Program-made: the position numbers and the translations under genes
Notes under the pieces: model-generated
Database searches by the model: none
The model's input: the letters and a program-made list of their open reading frames with translations, nothing else
Told to the model about the DNA's origin: nothing
Shown: piece by piece, positions 11,105 through 19,969 of the stretch
Layout of the letters: every line of letters starts with the position of its first letter
Numbering within the stretch: the stretch's first letter is position 1
Virus record (IMG/VR): IMGVR_UViG_3300023301_000009
Coordinates: 1 to 61,770 of that record
Strand: one strand, 5' to 3'
DNA length: 61,770 bases
Source of the DNA: a virus
Lineage: Duplodnaviria; Caudoviricetes

Positions 11105-11351
11105 GTAGTTGCTTCCTCTTTGCGGTCTGGGCGAGTGCGTGTATCTGCATCGCAGCTTTGCACGTTGCTACCCAGCCGACCAGCTTTAATGCAGACCCGA
11201 TGCTCTCGGATAGTGGGCGGTTCAGCGTCACATCTTCACCGGACAACGCTTGCCCAATTTTTATAAAATCGTCGCGGACGGTGGTCATGAATACTGTCGA
11301 CGAGTCACCCCAAGGTACGGGAATCTTGTCTAGCACCTTAACCATACTCAT
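10932..11351 (-). CDS. hypothetical protein (overlaps downstream gene by 173 nt)
   Basis: Start coupled (ATGA) to the stop of 11348-11608; fills the gap 11105-11351. Confidence 0.5.
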   Translation of the reverse strand: MSMVKVLDKIPVPWGDSSTVFMTTVRDDFIKIGQALSGEDVTLNRPLSESIGSALKLVGWVATCKAAMQIHALAQTAKRKQLHGTDRNQMGHPSVVGAYRKRDHRCGVSHRLSCRDTRGRDRRCDDGVGSCTTHAERGR

Positions 11352-11608
11352 GTAATGCTCCCAACACCTGTACCCGGTCCAGTGGTCACGCCGGTCTGAG
11401 CTGCCGGAGACCCTGCTGTAGCGACGGGCGTTCCCGGAGCCACAGTCACATTCACCGTCGCTTGTCTTATGTACGCGTCTATTGCCATCGCTATTTTCTG
11501 GTTCTTCTGCTGGATGCGCTGTTTGACGTCTGGTTCTACCTCAGCGCCCTGCACCTCCATGTCGATATCGGTCAAGTTGGCTGCTAGCTTTGTTGGATTC
11601 AACGGCAT
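11348..11608 (-). CDS. small protein downstream of spike, possible spike-tip protein
   Basis: 86 aa, Gly/Thr-rich beta C-terminus; occupies the usual PAAR position. Confidence 0.5.
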   Translation of the reverse strand: MPLNPTKLAANLTDIDMEVQGAEVEPDVKQRIQQKNQKIAMAIDAYIRQATVNVTVAPGTPVATAGSPAAQTGVTTGPGTGVGSIT

Positions 11609-11636
11609 GATGGTTTACCTGTGTTTGTAAATAACT

Positions 11637-13049
11637 CTAACCTTTAGAGACGTGTACGGTATCTGAAAGTATAGCAGGTCGAGCCTTCGGACTGGTAGGA
11701 GCCAAGTATTGTGCTTGCAACATCTTGATTTGTGGCGTGAGCACTCCGGCCATCGCAGCCGAAGTGTACGATGGACTGAACCACGGGTGTCCATGGGCCA
11801 AGTAATCTGAAAGCCATATATCCAGAAAACTCACAAGGTCGTTCAAGAACCCCGAAAGCTGATCTCCCATAACAGATGGCTCAAACGCGTCCGCACTCAG
11901 GTTCCCAATATTCACGAATGGCCCATCGTCGCCCACAAGGGCAATAGGTGACTGAGCAAGTGAGGACAACGGCTGTACGTCAATACCCATTTTGCTCACC
12001 GAGCCAGTCATGTCGGAAGCGAACATCTCCAGCCTACCATTAAGCACGCCCAATTCTGCTGTCAATGTCGACGCCCCCTTTACGTTCATCGCGTTGCTGA
12101 AAATTAAAGAGCCGGAACCTGCCACGGTCAACAGCAGATTGTCTTGTACTCCTACGTTCATGGCCTTGCCCGAGACCACCTCAAAATTGTTCAACGATTC
12201 AAAGGAAGTACTACCTGCCACCTCGTAACGTAAGTCACCGTCAACTGTGTGCGCCTCATCTCCTGATACACCCCACGTTAGGCTGCTGCCTACCGAGCGC
12301 TCAGATTTTCCTTCTACAGTATGCGTGTGGTTCCCCTTAATTTCGCTCAGGTCGTCTGCTGAAACCTTGCGTGTGCTTGGCCCATCAACTATCTCAGATT
12401 TTCCGACGCTGTATTCTATTTTGTTGCCGGGGGATACGACGTGTATCGACCCATCCGGCTGGATTTCTATGTACCCGCCTTTGGCATGCGATATCTGAAT
12501 TCGCTCAGCTCCGGGCGTGTCATCGAATTCTATAATATGCCCACCCGGTGTCTTGCGTACTTTGTTGTTCGGGTACTCCGCAGCGTAATTCGATTCTGGC
12601 ACGCCGCTCGTTCCCCGAAGCGTTCCACCAACATCGCTGCTGTCCTTGTGTCCTCTCGCCCTGCGTGCCACGGGGTTTGGGTCTTGCTGCGTCACTGGTG
12701 CTTCGGCTACAGGGGAACCATCTGACGGTCGACCCAAGGGGTTGGGCGAAAAGAAGAACCCCGTGTAAATTGGGTAGGCTGCTTTACCCTCCTCAAACTC
12801 CATCCAGACACCTGCGTCTATCGGAGGCACGTTTACGTCCCCGTTCTCCGGGTGCCCGCCCGATGGGAAGCAAGGCATGGCCCAAGGGCTTAAATCATTT
12901 CCATAAACGGTTGGACAGTACACGCGGACGCGCCCCAGCTCCTTGGGGTCTTTGTTACTCTTTACCACCGCCCTAACTTTACCGAAGTGCCTGCCCGCAA
13001 ACCTGTCGAAAAATTCTGTTGGGCCGAGCAAGTAGTTACTGCTCATCAC
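11637..13049 (-). CDS. baseplate spike protein (gp5/gpV/VgrG-like OB fold plus beta-helix)
   Basis: RAVVKSNKDPKELGRVRV.CP..SPWAMPC..VPP..VWMEFEEG..YPIY.G; KTPGGHIIEFDDTPGAERI. Confidence 0.88.
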   Translation of the reverse strand: MMSSNYLLGPTEFFDRFAGRHFGKVRAVVKSNKDPKELGRVRVYCPTVYGNDLSPWAMPCFPSGGHPENGDVNVPPIDAGVWMEFEEGKAAYPIYTGFFFSPNPLGRPSDGSPVAEAPVTQQDPNPVARRARGHKDSSDVGGTLRGTSGVPESNYAAEYPNNKVRKTPGGHIIEFDDTPGAERIQISHAKGGYIEIQPDGSIHVVSPGNKIEYSVGKSEIVDGPSTRKVSADDLSEIKGNHTHTVEGKSERSVGSSLTWGVSGDEAHTVDGDLRYEVAGSTSFESLNNFEVVSGKAMNVGVQDNLLLTVAGSGSLIFSNAMNVKGASTLTAELGVLNGRLEMFASDMTGSVSKMGIDVQPLSSLAQSPIALVGDDGPFVNIGNLSADAFEPSVMGDQLSGFLNDLVSFLDIWLSDYLAHGHPWFSPSYTSAAMAGVLTPQIKMLQAQYLAPTSPKARPAILSDTVHVSKG

Positions 13050-14488
13050 TATTTCCTTTGTGCGTTACCAAATTTGTCAATCGTGACTGTCGTCGCACCT
13101 TGCACGTCACTGCTCCACATCTCCGCGTAGTCCGGTGTCGTCTCTTCCTCAGTCGGCTGGGGCACAAAGTAATTTCCTGACCCTAAGTTTCCCGGTTCCG
13201 TAACCGCAGGCTTGGACTTCTTTCTGACCCAGCCGCTCTTCATTGTAACCGTAGTCTTAAACCCTGTGCTAAATTCATGCTTCACCTTCGCAGCGCGGTA
13301 GTCCCCATCTACCTTCTTTCCTGCTCCAAGAAATGACACCTTCTGCTTTGGCTTAAACCACATCGACCCCATCATGAGTCCGACCTCAAGCTCTACCACG
13401 GACGACCCGCGTGCGACCCCTTTAGCAACCCGCACCTTTTCCGCTCGCTTTTTATTCTCGTGCTCCGCTCCCGCAGGCTCGCGTGTTGGTTCTGGTTCAG
13501 CGGAGCCGGATGCTTCAAACACGACCCTGTTTCCGTAGGCGTCAATCTTCACGCGCTGCGTGCTCGCCTTTGGTTTTTTCTCTTTGGGCGTTTCTTTCTT
13601 ATACGCGCTGTCGAACACACTCCCTTGCAGCATGTCCTTCACCCCTGCGTCCGTCCCAACCATCTGGGAAAGCGTATCAGTAGGACTCCACGCGGTGCTA
13701 GCCAAAGAGTGGGGCATTACAATGGCGACAGCTTTGTCTACTTTGGACTGCGCGTTCTTTAAGTCTGCCGGAAGTTTCGGCCCTGCCTGCTTAACGCGAG
13801 GTTTGCGCTCCTTTAGCTTGAGCGACGTGGTGTTAGCATCTGCTCTGTTATATCGTAGTTCAATAACCCCCAATGATTTTCTGGCGAAAGGCGGCGAGAA
13901 CATTACCTTGCCGCGAGCGCATGTCATGTGCCACCCATACTGGTTCGCTATCGTCTGAAGGAATTGCGCGTCCGTCTCTCCGGTCTGTACGAGCGCGTAG
14001 TCTGCGTCGATGGGTATATCCAAAGCCCCGTCATCGTTAGCCTCAAACTCGACGTCGTAGCCGTGGCTACGAACGATCTCCTCCAACACGCTTTTAACAG
14101 TCCCTTTGGTTATGACTCGCTTTGTCGCGCTGCTTGCGAGCTTGGAGCCTTGGCGTGCTTTGATCTTTAGCTTCGCGTCCCCGCTCACTGTGGTCACGTC
14201 CACGTCTTCGATATCAAAAGGCCCCCGCGACTCATAGCTTGTTCTGTATCCGCAGTATAGCATTACGCTCTGGCCGCGTCTGAAATATGGCTTGTTCAAG
14301 TGATTGGCGTCGGGGTCAAAATAATCCAACGTGAGCTGCGCGCGTTGGTTCTCCGTCTCTTCCAGAATTACGCTGCGAATATTACGGTGCTGCTCGCCCG
14401 TCATTTTCTCGCCATTTATCTCCACCCGGAAATATGGCTCTAATTCCACCATCAGGCTCGGCGAGTATATATACTTCAGCACGTTCAT
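13049..14488 (-). CDS. baseplate hub protein (late control D/gpD-like)
   Basis: QTGETDAQFLQTIANQYGW and G.GKKVDGDY...KVKHEF..GFKTTV motifs. Confidence 0.8.
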   Translation of the reverse strand: MNVLKYIYSPSLMVELEPYFRVEINGEKMTGEQHRNIRSVILEETENQRAQLTLDYFDPDANHLNKPYFRRGQSVMLYCGYRTSYESRGPFDIEDVDVTTVSGDAKLKIKARQGSKLASSATKRVITKGTVKSVLEEIVRSHGYDVEFEANDDGALDIPIDADYALVQTGETDAQFLQTIANQYGWHMTCARGKVMFSPPFARKSLGVIELRYNRADANTTSLKLKERKPRVKQAGPKLPADLKNAQSKVDKAVAIVMPHSLASTAWSPTDTLSQMVGTDAGVKDMLQGSVFDSAYKKETPKEKKPKASTQRVKIDAYGNRVVFEASGSAEPEPTREPAGAEHENKKRAEKVRVAKGVARGSSVVELEVGLMMGSMWFKPKQKVSFLGAGKKVDGDYRAAKVKHEFSTGFKTTVTMKSGWVRKKSKPAVTEPGNLGSGNYFVPQPTEEETTPDYAEMWSSDVQGATTVTIDKFGNAQRK

Positions 14489-14829
14489 GAAAACTCCAGC
14501 CCAGCATACGTCAACGGCGGCACGTTAATATTCTCTCCAATAGGCAGCTCGGTTACGTCGTACACCTGTGGATTAAAATCGGCGAGCACGTACCAAAGCA
14601 TAGGGTCGCTGTAAAAGCGGTACGCGAGTATCTGGTATGTCTCGCCTTCTCGAACGCGGTACTGGACCATACCGTCGACTGGGGCGAAGGTCGTGTACCT
14701 ACGACCAAACACCCTATCAACGCGCTCCGGCGAATCCCCAGATAACGCACCCGGAGAATACTGGGCTGCCCTCTCGATGCGTGCCTGCATGTACCGGGAC
14801 TTGGTATATATTTTAGCCACTAAGCTCAC
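14485..14829 (-). CDS. LysM/tail protein X-like baseplate protein
   Basis: YRVREGETYQILAYRFYSDPMLWYVLADFNP..LPIGENINVP. Confidence 0.8.
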   Translation of the reverse strand: MSLVAKIYTKSRYMQARIERAAQYSPGALSGDSPERVDRVFGRRYTTFAPVDGMVQYRVREGETYQILAYRFYSDPMLWYVLADFNPQVYDVTELPIGENINVPPLTYAGLEFS

Positions 14830-15337
14830 CTGCGTATTGGCGGATTCGTTCGAGGAAGGCGACGTCGTTCTGTACGCCCGTGGAGATCACGGTAAACTGG
14901 AGCGACGCCCGAAGCGACACTGTGTTCATCTGCCGGTCCATGATTTCATGGGTGAACTTGATCCGGGGGATAATGACATCCCAAGGGTGCTTGCCAATAA
15001 CGAGTTTCGCCCGGCCCGGTGACACGAACTGTGTGGACTCGATTCCAAAGTCGGGGCCGGGAGACGCAAACAGCTCAAGGCGTGCCCGAGACTCCTCCAC
15101 GTTGTTCTCACCGTCCCTTCCATAGAATAGCAGATCCATTTTAATCGTGCGCTCGCCTATTTTATTAAATGACGCAGATGGCAAGAACTGACCGGGGGAA
15201 TCGCTGAGGTTCCAGTCGACGCCTAGCTCCTCCTCATATTTTGTCGGGTTAAACTGGAACTCAAGCTGGTCGACCACGGAGTCTTTCACAATGCGGTAGA
15301 GCTTGCCTTTTTCTAGTGGGGACTGTCCATAGCTCAT
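14813..15337 (-). CDS. tube initiator (CIS tube-like) protein
   Basis: LEFQFNPTKY..R.IKMDLLF motif; position after the tape measure gene. Confidence 0.75.
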   Translation of the reverse strand: MSYGQSPLEKGKLYRIVKDSVVDQLEFQFNPTKYEEELGVDWNLSDSPGQFLPSASFNKIGERTIKMDLLFYGRDGENNVEESRARLELFASPGPDFGIESTQFVSPGRAKLVIGKHPWDVIIPRIKFTHEIMDRQMNTVSLRASLQFTVISTGVQNDVAFLERIRQYAGELSG

Positions 15338-15363
15338 AACGCTATTCTCCTGTTTGTCAGAAA

Positions 15364-18300
15364 CTACCCGAGGTTCATGCCCTCGACCTTATCTCGAATC
15401 TTGTCACCAAGACGTTCCGATAACAACTCAACCAAATCGTCTAGGCCCTTGTCGTCTAGTGAGCTTGGGTCAACCCGTAAATTATCAATCTGTATTGGGA
15501 CTGTGACACTCACCGTGTGTGCCTCACTTCTGAGTTCACTGCTGTTGCTGCTTGAGTTCTCCACACTCGTCTGTTCTAGCACACGCATTGGGGACTCGGC
15601 CCTCGCTGGTTCAGCAGGCCCTTGGCCCGTGAACGCGCTAATACCTAGCCCGTCGGAAGCACTTGGAAAATCACCAAGAAGGTCTGCCCAAAAGCCTGGC
15701 ACGCTTCCACCGCCTGAATCAGCAACACCACTTATCTGCGCTTGGATATGGCTTGTGACTCCTGAGATAGCTTGGTCGACCGGCGCTTTCGCGCTGCGCA
15801 TCCCATCGGCCAGCATCTCCATGATGTTGCCACCCGCCTCGTCTGGGGGATTGTTCCGTAGCGGTCCTGCCTTGGCTGGGGAGAATGGTAGGAACTCGCG
15901 AACGCTGCTGACCGCTTCACCCATTGCACCTTTGACGGATTCGACTCCGGCCATGATGCCTTTGCGTATTGACTCCATAATTGACATACCAGCCCCGAAC
16001 CACGTATCCGGTGATAGCATCAGGTCAATGACACCACCCCAGAACGACACAACCCAATCCTTGTACGCAAGGAAGCCGCCTTTGACCAAGTTCCAAACAC
16101 CTTGGATTCCTACCCAGACAGCAGTAGCAGCACTGATGAACGCATCCTTAATAGTTGTACCTAGGCCACTAAAGAACTGTGTGATCTTTGCCCAATGGTC
16201 ATAGATTTTCTTCACGATTAGAACTATTGCGCCAATGATCAGCGCGGGGATACCGAGGAACAGCGCAGCAACGCCTGCGACGACCGCTATCGTGACATCG
16301 AGTATATCAAAGAATCCGCCCGTCCACGCGTCGACTGTTCCCCACAACGTATTTCGCAAATTCCACACCCATACAACCAGTGCAATAATTGCCGCGACCA
16401 GAAGTAAAGGCCATAGCACCATCACTGCTCCAAGCACTCCCACGACTAGCATCGCAGCCGCCAGCACAAGCATAACCCCTACCACAACGCCAAGCACGGC
16501 ACCCAACCATTTGAGTATGCCACCCATATTCTCTAGCATGCCTTTGGAGAACTCGACGTAGCCTAACATCTCCGCAATGGCGTCTACGAAGCCTAGAACT
16601 TTCTCGACGAGCCAACCTAGCACTGAACCCACCACCCCCATGACAGGAAGGAAACTCGACTTGAACCCATCCACCCATTCCTTAGCCAAGTGCCACGCGA
16701 CTGTGAATGTTTTACCTAGGTCTTTGGCTGTGTCACTCATCTCATCCCAACGCTCAGTGCTTACCCCTTTGCCGCTGATGACCCCGCGAATTAACTCCCA
16801 TGCGTGCACAACGTCTGTGACCCAGCCGTCAATAAAGTCTTTCAGTCCACCAAAATTTTCCCGATATGCCAAGGCCACTAGTGCGGTGGCCGCAACGATC
16901 GCGGACATCGCAAGGAGCACTGGGGTGATGGCAGCAAGCAGCGGCAGTAGTGCAGTCTCAAACAGCGCAGCTCCCGCAGCCGCAAAACTAAACCCTCCGC
17001 CTGCTACAGCGCCCGTAGGACCAAGAATCATCATTGCGCCCTGTGCGCCAGCCATAGCGCCAATGCCAACAGCTAAGATGGCAGCCAGTGCGGCCACCGC
17101 TACGGTCAGTCCTATAAACGCTTTAGCGAGGATTGGGTTCGCAGTAATAAGGCTCGTAATCACGTTGAGCAGGGGCGTCGCAAAGTCAAGTACGGGCACC
17201 ACGAAGGACTTGACCAGTTTACCTACAGCTATTTTCAAAAGGTCGATTGTGCTTGAGAGAATATTCCCTTTCCCCGTGACAGTGTTGAGAAAATTAGCCT
17301 GCGCAGCTTTGGCATCCCCATCTGCGGCCTCAATCCCTTGGGCGAACTCGTTGAAACTTTTCATCCCCTTATTCTTCATGAATTGTAGCTGCTTCTGAAA
17401 CATCTCGACAGCGCGCGCGTCCATGCCCTTAAACAAGTTCATGCCCACGTCAGCCTGTGACATTCCCTCGTCCATAGACTTCTGCATCTTGCCCGTGATG
17501 TTATCAATCAAGTCTGGGAGTGTGTTCATCTCTCCTGTCAGTTCATTGATAAAATCGCCTTTTTCGATACCTAGCGCGGTGAGCGCCTTAAACTTGTCCC
17601 CATTCCCACTTTCTAGTCCCTTGAGCACTTGCGGAATGGTGCGACTCAGCCCTCGTACCATCTGGGCAGACCTGCCCGCCGTTGTACCCATCGTGCGCAG
17701 TGCGCCAACCGTAGCTAGAATGTCCGCTGGGGCAGTATCCTTAAACGTGGTCGCAGTAGCACCAAGGCCACGCATGACTTGGTTCATCTCCGTCATGGAC
17801 AACTTTGACTTGTTCGTGAGGCGAATTAGCATATCCATCGTATGCCCTGTGCCCTCCGCTCCAGTCTGTAGCACTGCCATAGCGTTTGTCGCTAGGTCAG
17901 CAGCTTCCTCAAGCTCCACCGCTCCTGCCGACGCAGATGAAAACGCCTGTGTGCTGTCGATGGCCGAGAGCGCTTCTTTTGCTGAAAGCCCCGACTGGAG
18001 TAGGTTGGTAAACGCATCCTCGATATCCCTTGTCGTGAACTCAGTTTCGCGACCTAATTTTTGGATACGTTCTTCAATAAGGTCGAAGTCTTTGACTAGG
18101 CCCGGAAGCTGCGCACGGTCTCCGATCTTGCCCATGACCACTTCGATGTTATTCAGCCCCACCTCGTGCTCAGCGTATGAGTCCAGCGAGGATTCTAGCA
18201 CTGAGGTGATACCTGTAGCTATACCAGTGAGTGCACGTTGGGCCATTTGTAGCCCTTGGACCATGCGCTCGCTTTCATTAGTGACGTTCGTAGCCGCGTC

Positions 18301-18438
18301 GTCGAACTGGTCCATCCCCGTTTTGGCGCCATGCCCTGCCTGCTTCACTTGGTCCAGACCGTCACCAAGACGCCGCGCACTAGTGATCGCACCCTTGGCG
18401 TTTAGTTCTAGCTCAATTCCAATTACGCTGCCAGCCAT
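15364..18438 (-). CDS. tail tape measure protein
   Basis: 1024 aa; TP901-like core (KLGRETEFT..LLQSGLSAKE..EAADL), Ala-rich helices, hydrophobic segments. Confidence 0.92.
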   Translation of the reverse strand: MAGSVIGIELELNAKGAITSARRLGDGLDQVKQAGHGAKTGMDQFDDAATNVTNESERMVQGLQMAQRALTGIATGITSVLESSLDSYAEHEVGLNNIEVVMGKIGDRAQLPGLVKDFDLIEERIQKLGRETEFTTRDIEDAFTNLLQSGLSAKEALSAIDSTQAFSSASAGAVELEEAADLATNAMAVLQTGAEGTGHTMDMLIRLTNKSKLSMTEMNQVMRGLGATATTFKDTAPADILATVGALRTMGTTAGRSAQMVRGLSRTIPQVLKGLESGNGDKFKALTALGIEKGDFINELTGEMNTLPDLIDNITGKMQKSMDEGMSQADVGMNLFKGMDARAVEMFQKQLQFMKNKGMKSFNEFAQGIEAADGDAKAAQANFLNTVTGKGNILSSTIDLLKIAVGKLVKSFVVPVLDFATPLLNVITSLITANPILAKAFIGLTVAVAALAAILAVGIGAMAGAQGAMMILGPTGAVAGGGFSFAAAGAALFETALLPLLAAITPVLLAMSAIVAATALVALAYRENFGGLKDFIDGWVTDVVHAWELIRGVISGKGVSTERWDEMSDTAKDLGKTFTVAWHLAKEWVDGFKSSFLPVMGVVGSVLGWLVEKVLGFVDAIAEMLGYVEFSKGMLENMGGILKWLGAVLGVVVGVMLVLAAAMLVVGVLGAVMVLWPLLLVAAIIALVVWVWNLRNTLWGTVDAWTGGFFDILDVTIAVVAGVAALFLGIPALIIGAIVLIVKKIYDHWAKITQFFSGLGTTIKDAFISAATAVWVGIQGVWNLVKGGFLAYKDWVVSFWGGVIDLMLSPDTWFGAGMSIMESIRKGIMAGVESVKGAMGEAVSSVREFLPFSPAKAGPLRNNPPDEAGGNIMEMLADGMRSAKAPVDQAISGVTSHIQAQISGVADSGGGSVPGFWADLLGDFPSASDGLGISAFTGQGPAEPARAESPMRVLEQTSVENSSSNSSELRSEAHTVSVTVPIQIDNLRVDPSSLDDKGLDDLVELLSERLGDKIRDKVEGMNLG

Positions 18439-18452
18439 GTCTCCGTCCGCTG

Positions 18453-18617
18453 TTAGTGTTTGCTCCTCGCCTTTCGAGTCTGCTGTCTTTGTCGGTCCAT
18501 TATCTCCCCGAGTTCTTCTAGGAACATTTCACGCTTACGGACGGATAGGTGTAGCACCGTGTTGGGAGCCCATCCCCAATGCTGCGCGAAGCTGGCACAA
18601 ATTCTTACGAGATTCAT
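18453..18617 (-). CDS. small tail assembly chaperone (T-like, DUF6760-like)
   Basis: ATG at 18617 overlaps the TGA of the upstream chaperone; FAQHWGWAPNTVLHLSVRKRE motif. Confidence 0.7.
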   Translation of the reverse strand: MNLVRICASFAQHWGWAPNTVLHLSVRKREMFLEELGEIMDRQRQQTRKARSKH

Positions 18618-19444
18618 CTCTTTTTGAGCCGTCCACGTGCGCCACTCTTCGTAGCCCTCTTCGGTGCCTTGTTCCCCCCGCGAATAAAATTTGCTGGGGA
18701 AATGCTCGCAAGCCATGACCAATCACACCGGTCACAGATTGCTTCGTGTCGTAGGTCAACTCCAGGAGTCCACTCCGACACAATCGTCATTGCGTGCTCA
18801 CGATCTCGAAATGACATGCGCTTGACTGTTTCGGAGTCAAGCGGACCCTCCATGTCAGGCACAGTCAAGCATGCTGCTAACGTCGCTGTCTGGACTTCGT
18901 GCCTCGGGAGGCCAGCAATCCGTTCTTGTAGCGACCCCTTTGGGAAATTCCAAACCACGTCCTTGTACACTACGCCATCACGCTCAATGCCACGGGGTAG
19001 TTTGACCTCAACGCAGGGTCGAGACGTGGGGTTATCCTCGGGGCCTTCCCATTCCAGTACGTCCATTTTGGCAAGGTCAATCTCAATGCTATTCTTCTCA
19101 GAACAGTTTGGGCACTGGAGCGAGATTTCAATCTCAGGGTCCATCCCAAGCAAACGAATGCTGATGAACAGAAAATCCCTATCCGCCACGTACATACGCC
19201 TAAACAGGTCTGCGCTTAGGAGCATGAACGGGTCGGACTTGCCTTCGGTTAACCCAACAATCTCCTGCACGCATCGGCGTAGTAATCGGGACACAGCTTT
19301 CGCCCCATTGTTGCGGATCTCCTTCTTCGACAAGTTCTCTTCATCCACGCCCGTCATCTCGTCAATGCGGATGGTGCGGTATCGCTCGCCTTCCCAGTCG
19401 AGTCCAATGGGTAGTGTAACTTCGTTGCTTGGTAACAGTGCCAT
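18614..19444 (-). CDS. tail assembly chaperone with Zn ribbons (T4 gp26-like)
   Basis: EMTGVDEE, DRDFLFISIR, CPNC and CDRC, PGVDL; lies between tube and tape measure. Confidence 0.75.
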   Translation of the reverse strand: MALLPSNEVTLPIGLDWEGERYRTIRIDEMTGVDEENLSKKEIRNNGAKAVSRLLRRCVQEIVGLTEGKSDPFMLLSADLFRRMYVADRDFLFISIRLLGMDPEIEISLQCPNCSEKNSIEIDLAKMDVLEWEGPEDNPTSRPCVEVKLPRGIERDGVVYKDVVWNFPKGSLQERIAGLPRHEVQTATLAACLTVPDMEGPLDSETVKRMSFRDREHAMTIVSEWTPGVDLRHEAICDRCDWSWLASISPANFIRGGNKAPKRATKSGARGRLKKR

Positions 19445-19492
19445 GTGTTTCCTCTTAGTCAGATATTAGTTCTGTGTCTCAATTCTCCCAGC

Positions 19493-19954
19493 TTATGCTA
19501 GGTTCTCTTCCTTGATGCCTTCGTTCTGAATCTCCAATGTTTCGATAAGCACGTCGTTGCCACTCGCGTCTAAGTCTCCAACGGTTCTGCTGCTTGGCCA
19601 CGCGTTGAACACCGTCCACTTCTTCACGCGGTCGCCCGCTTTGTTCTTCAAGTAGATTGTAATATCTTTCCTGAAGCTCTCATCGTCACCTTGGGCACCC
19701 GCAACCGCATCGAGATTAAAAATCTCTTTTGCCCAATCGTTGAAATCGTTAAACGCACCCGTGCCTCGCTCAAGAGTAACAGGATCGAAGCTCGATTGTC
19801 CGGGGAGCTTGCGGCTGGTCTCGTTCTCACCGCCTTCCCGGTATTCAATTACCTCGATGGTGTGGCTCAACCCTGTTACCTTGGCAAAACCTAGATGCGT
19901 GAAGCCATCAATCTCGACTTCAAACTTATAATTTCTAAATGGATCTCGTGCCAT
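19493..19954 (-). CDS. tail tube protein (T4 gp19 family)
   Basis: DPFRNYKFEVEIDG..GFAKVTGL..EVIEYREGGE..KLPG..VTLERG..NAWP. Confidence 0.95.
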   Translation of the reverse strand: MARDPFRNYKFEVEIDGFTHLGFAKVTGLSHTIEVIEYREGGENETSRKLPGQSSFDPVTLERGTGAFNDFNDWAKEIFNLDAVAGAQGDDESFRKDITIYLKNKAGDRVKKWTVFNAWPSSRTVGDLDASGNDVLIETLEIQNEGIKEENLA

Positions 19955-19969
19955 TGTTTAGCGCTCCGA

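Noticed and set aside
15377-19469. Long plus-strand ORFs (275, 273, 431 and 296 aa)
   Set aside because: Antisense shadows of the tape measure and chaperone genes; Ser/Pro/Thr-rich with no motifs
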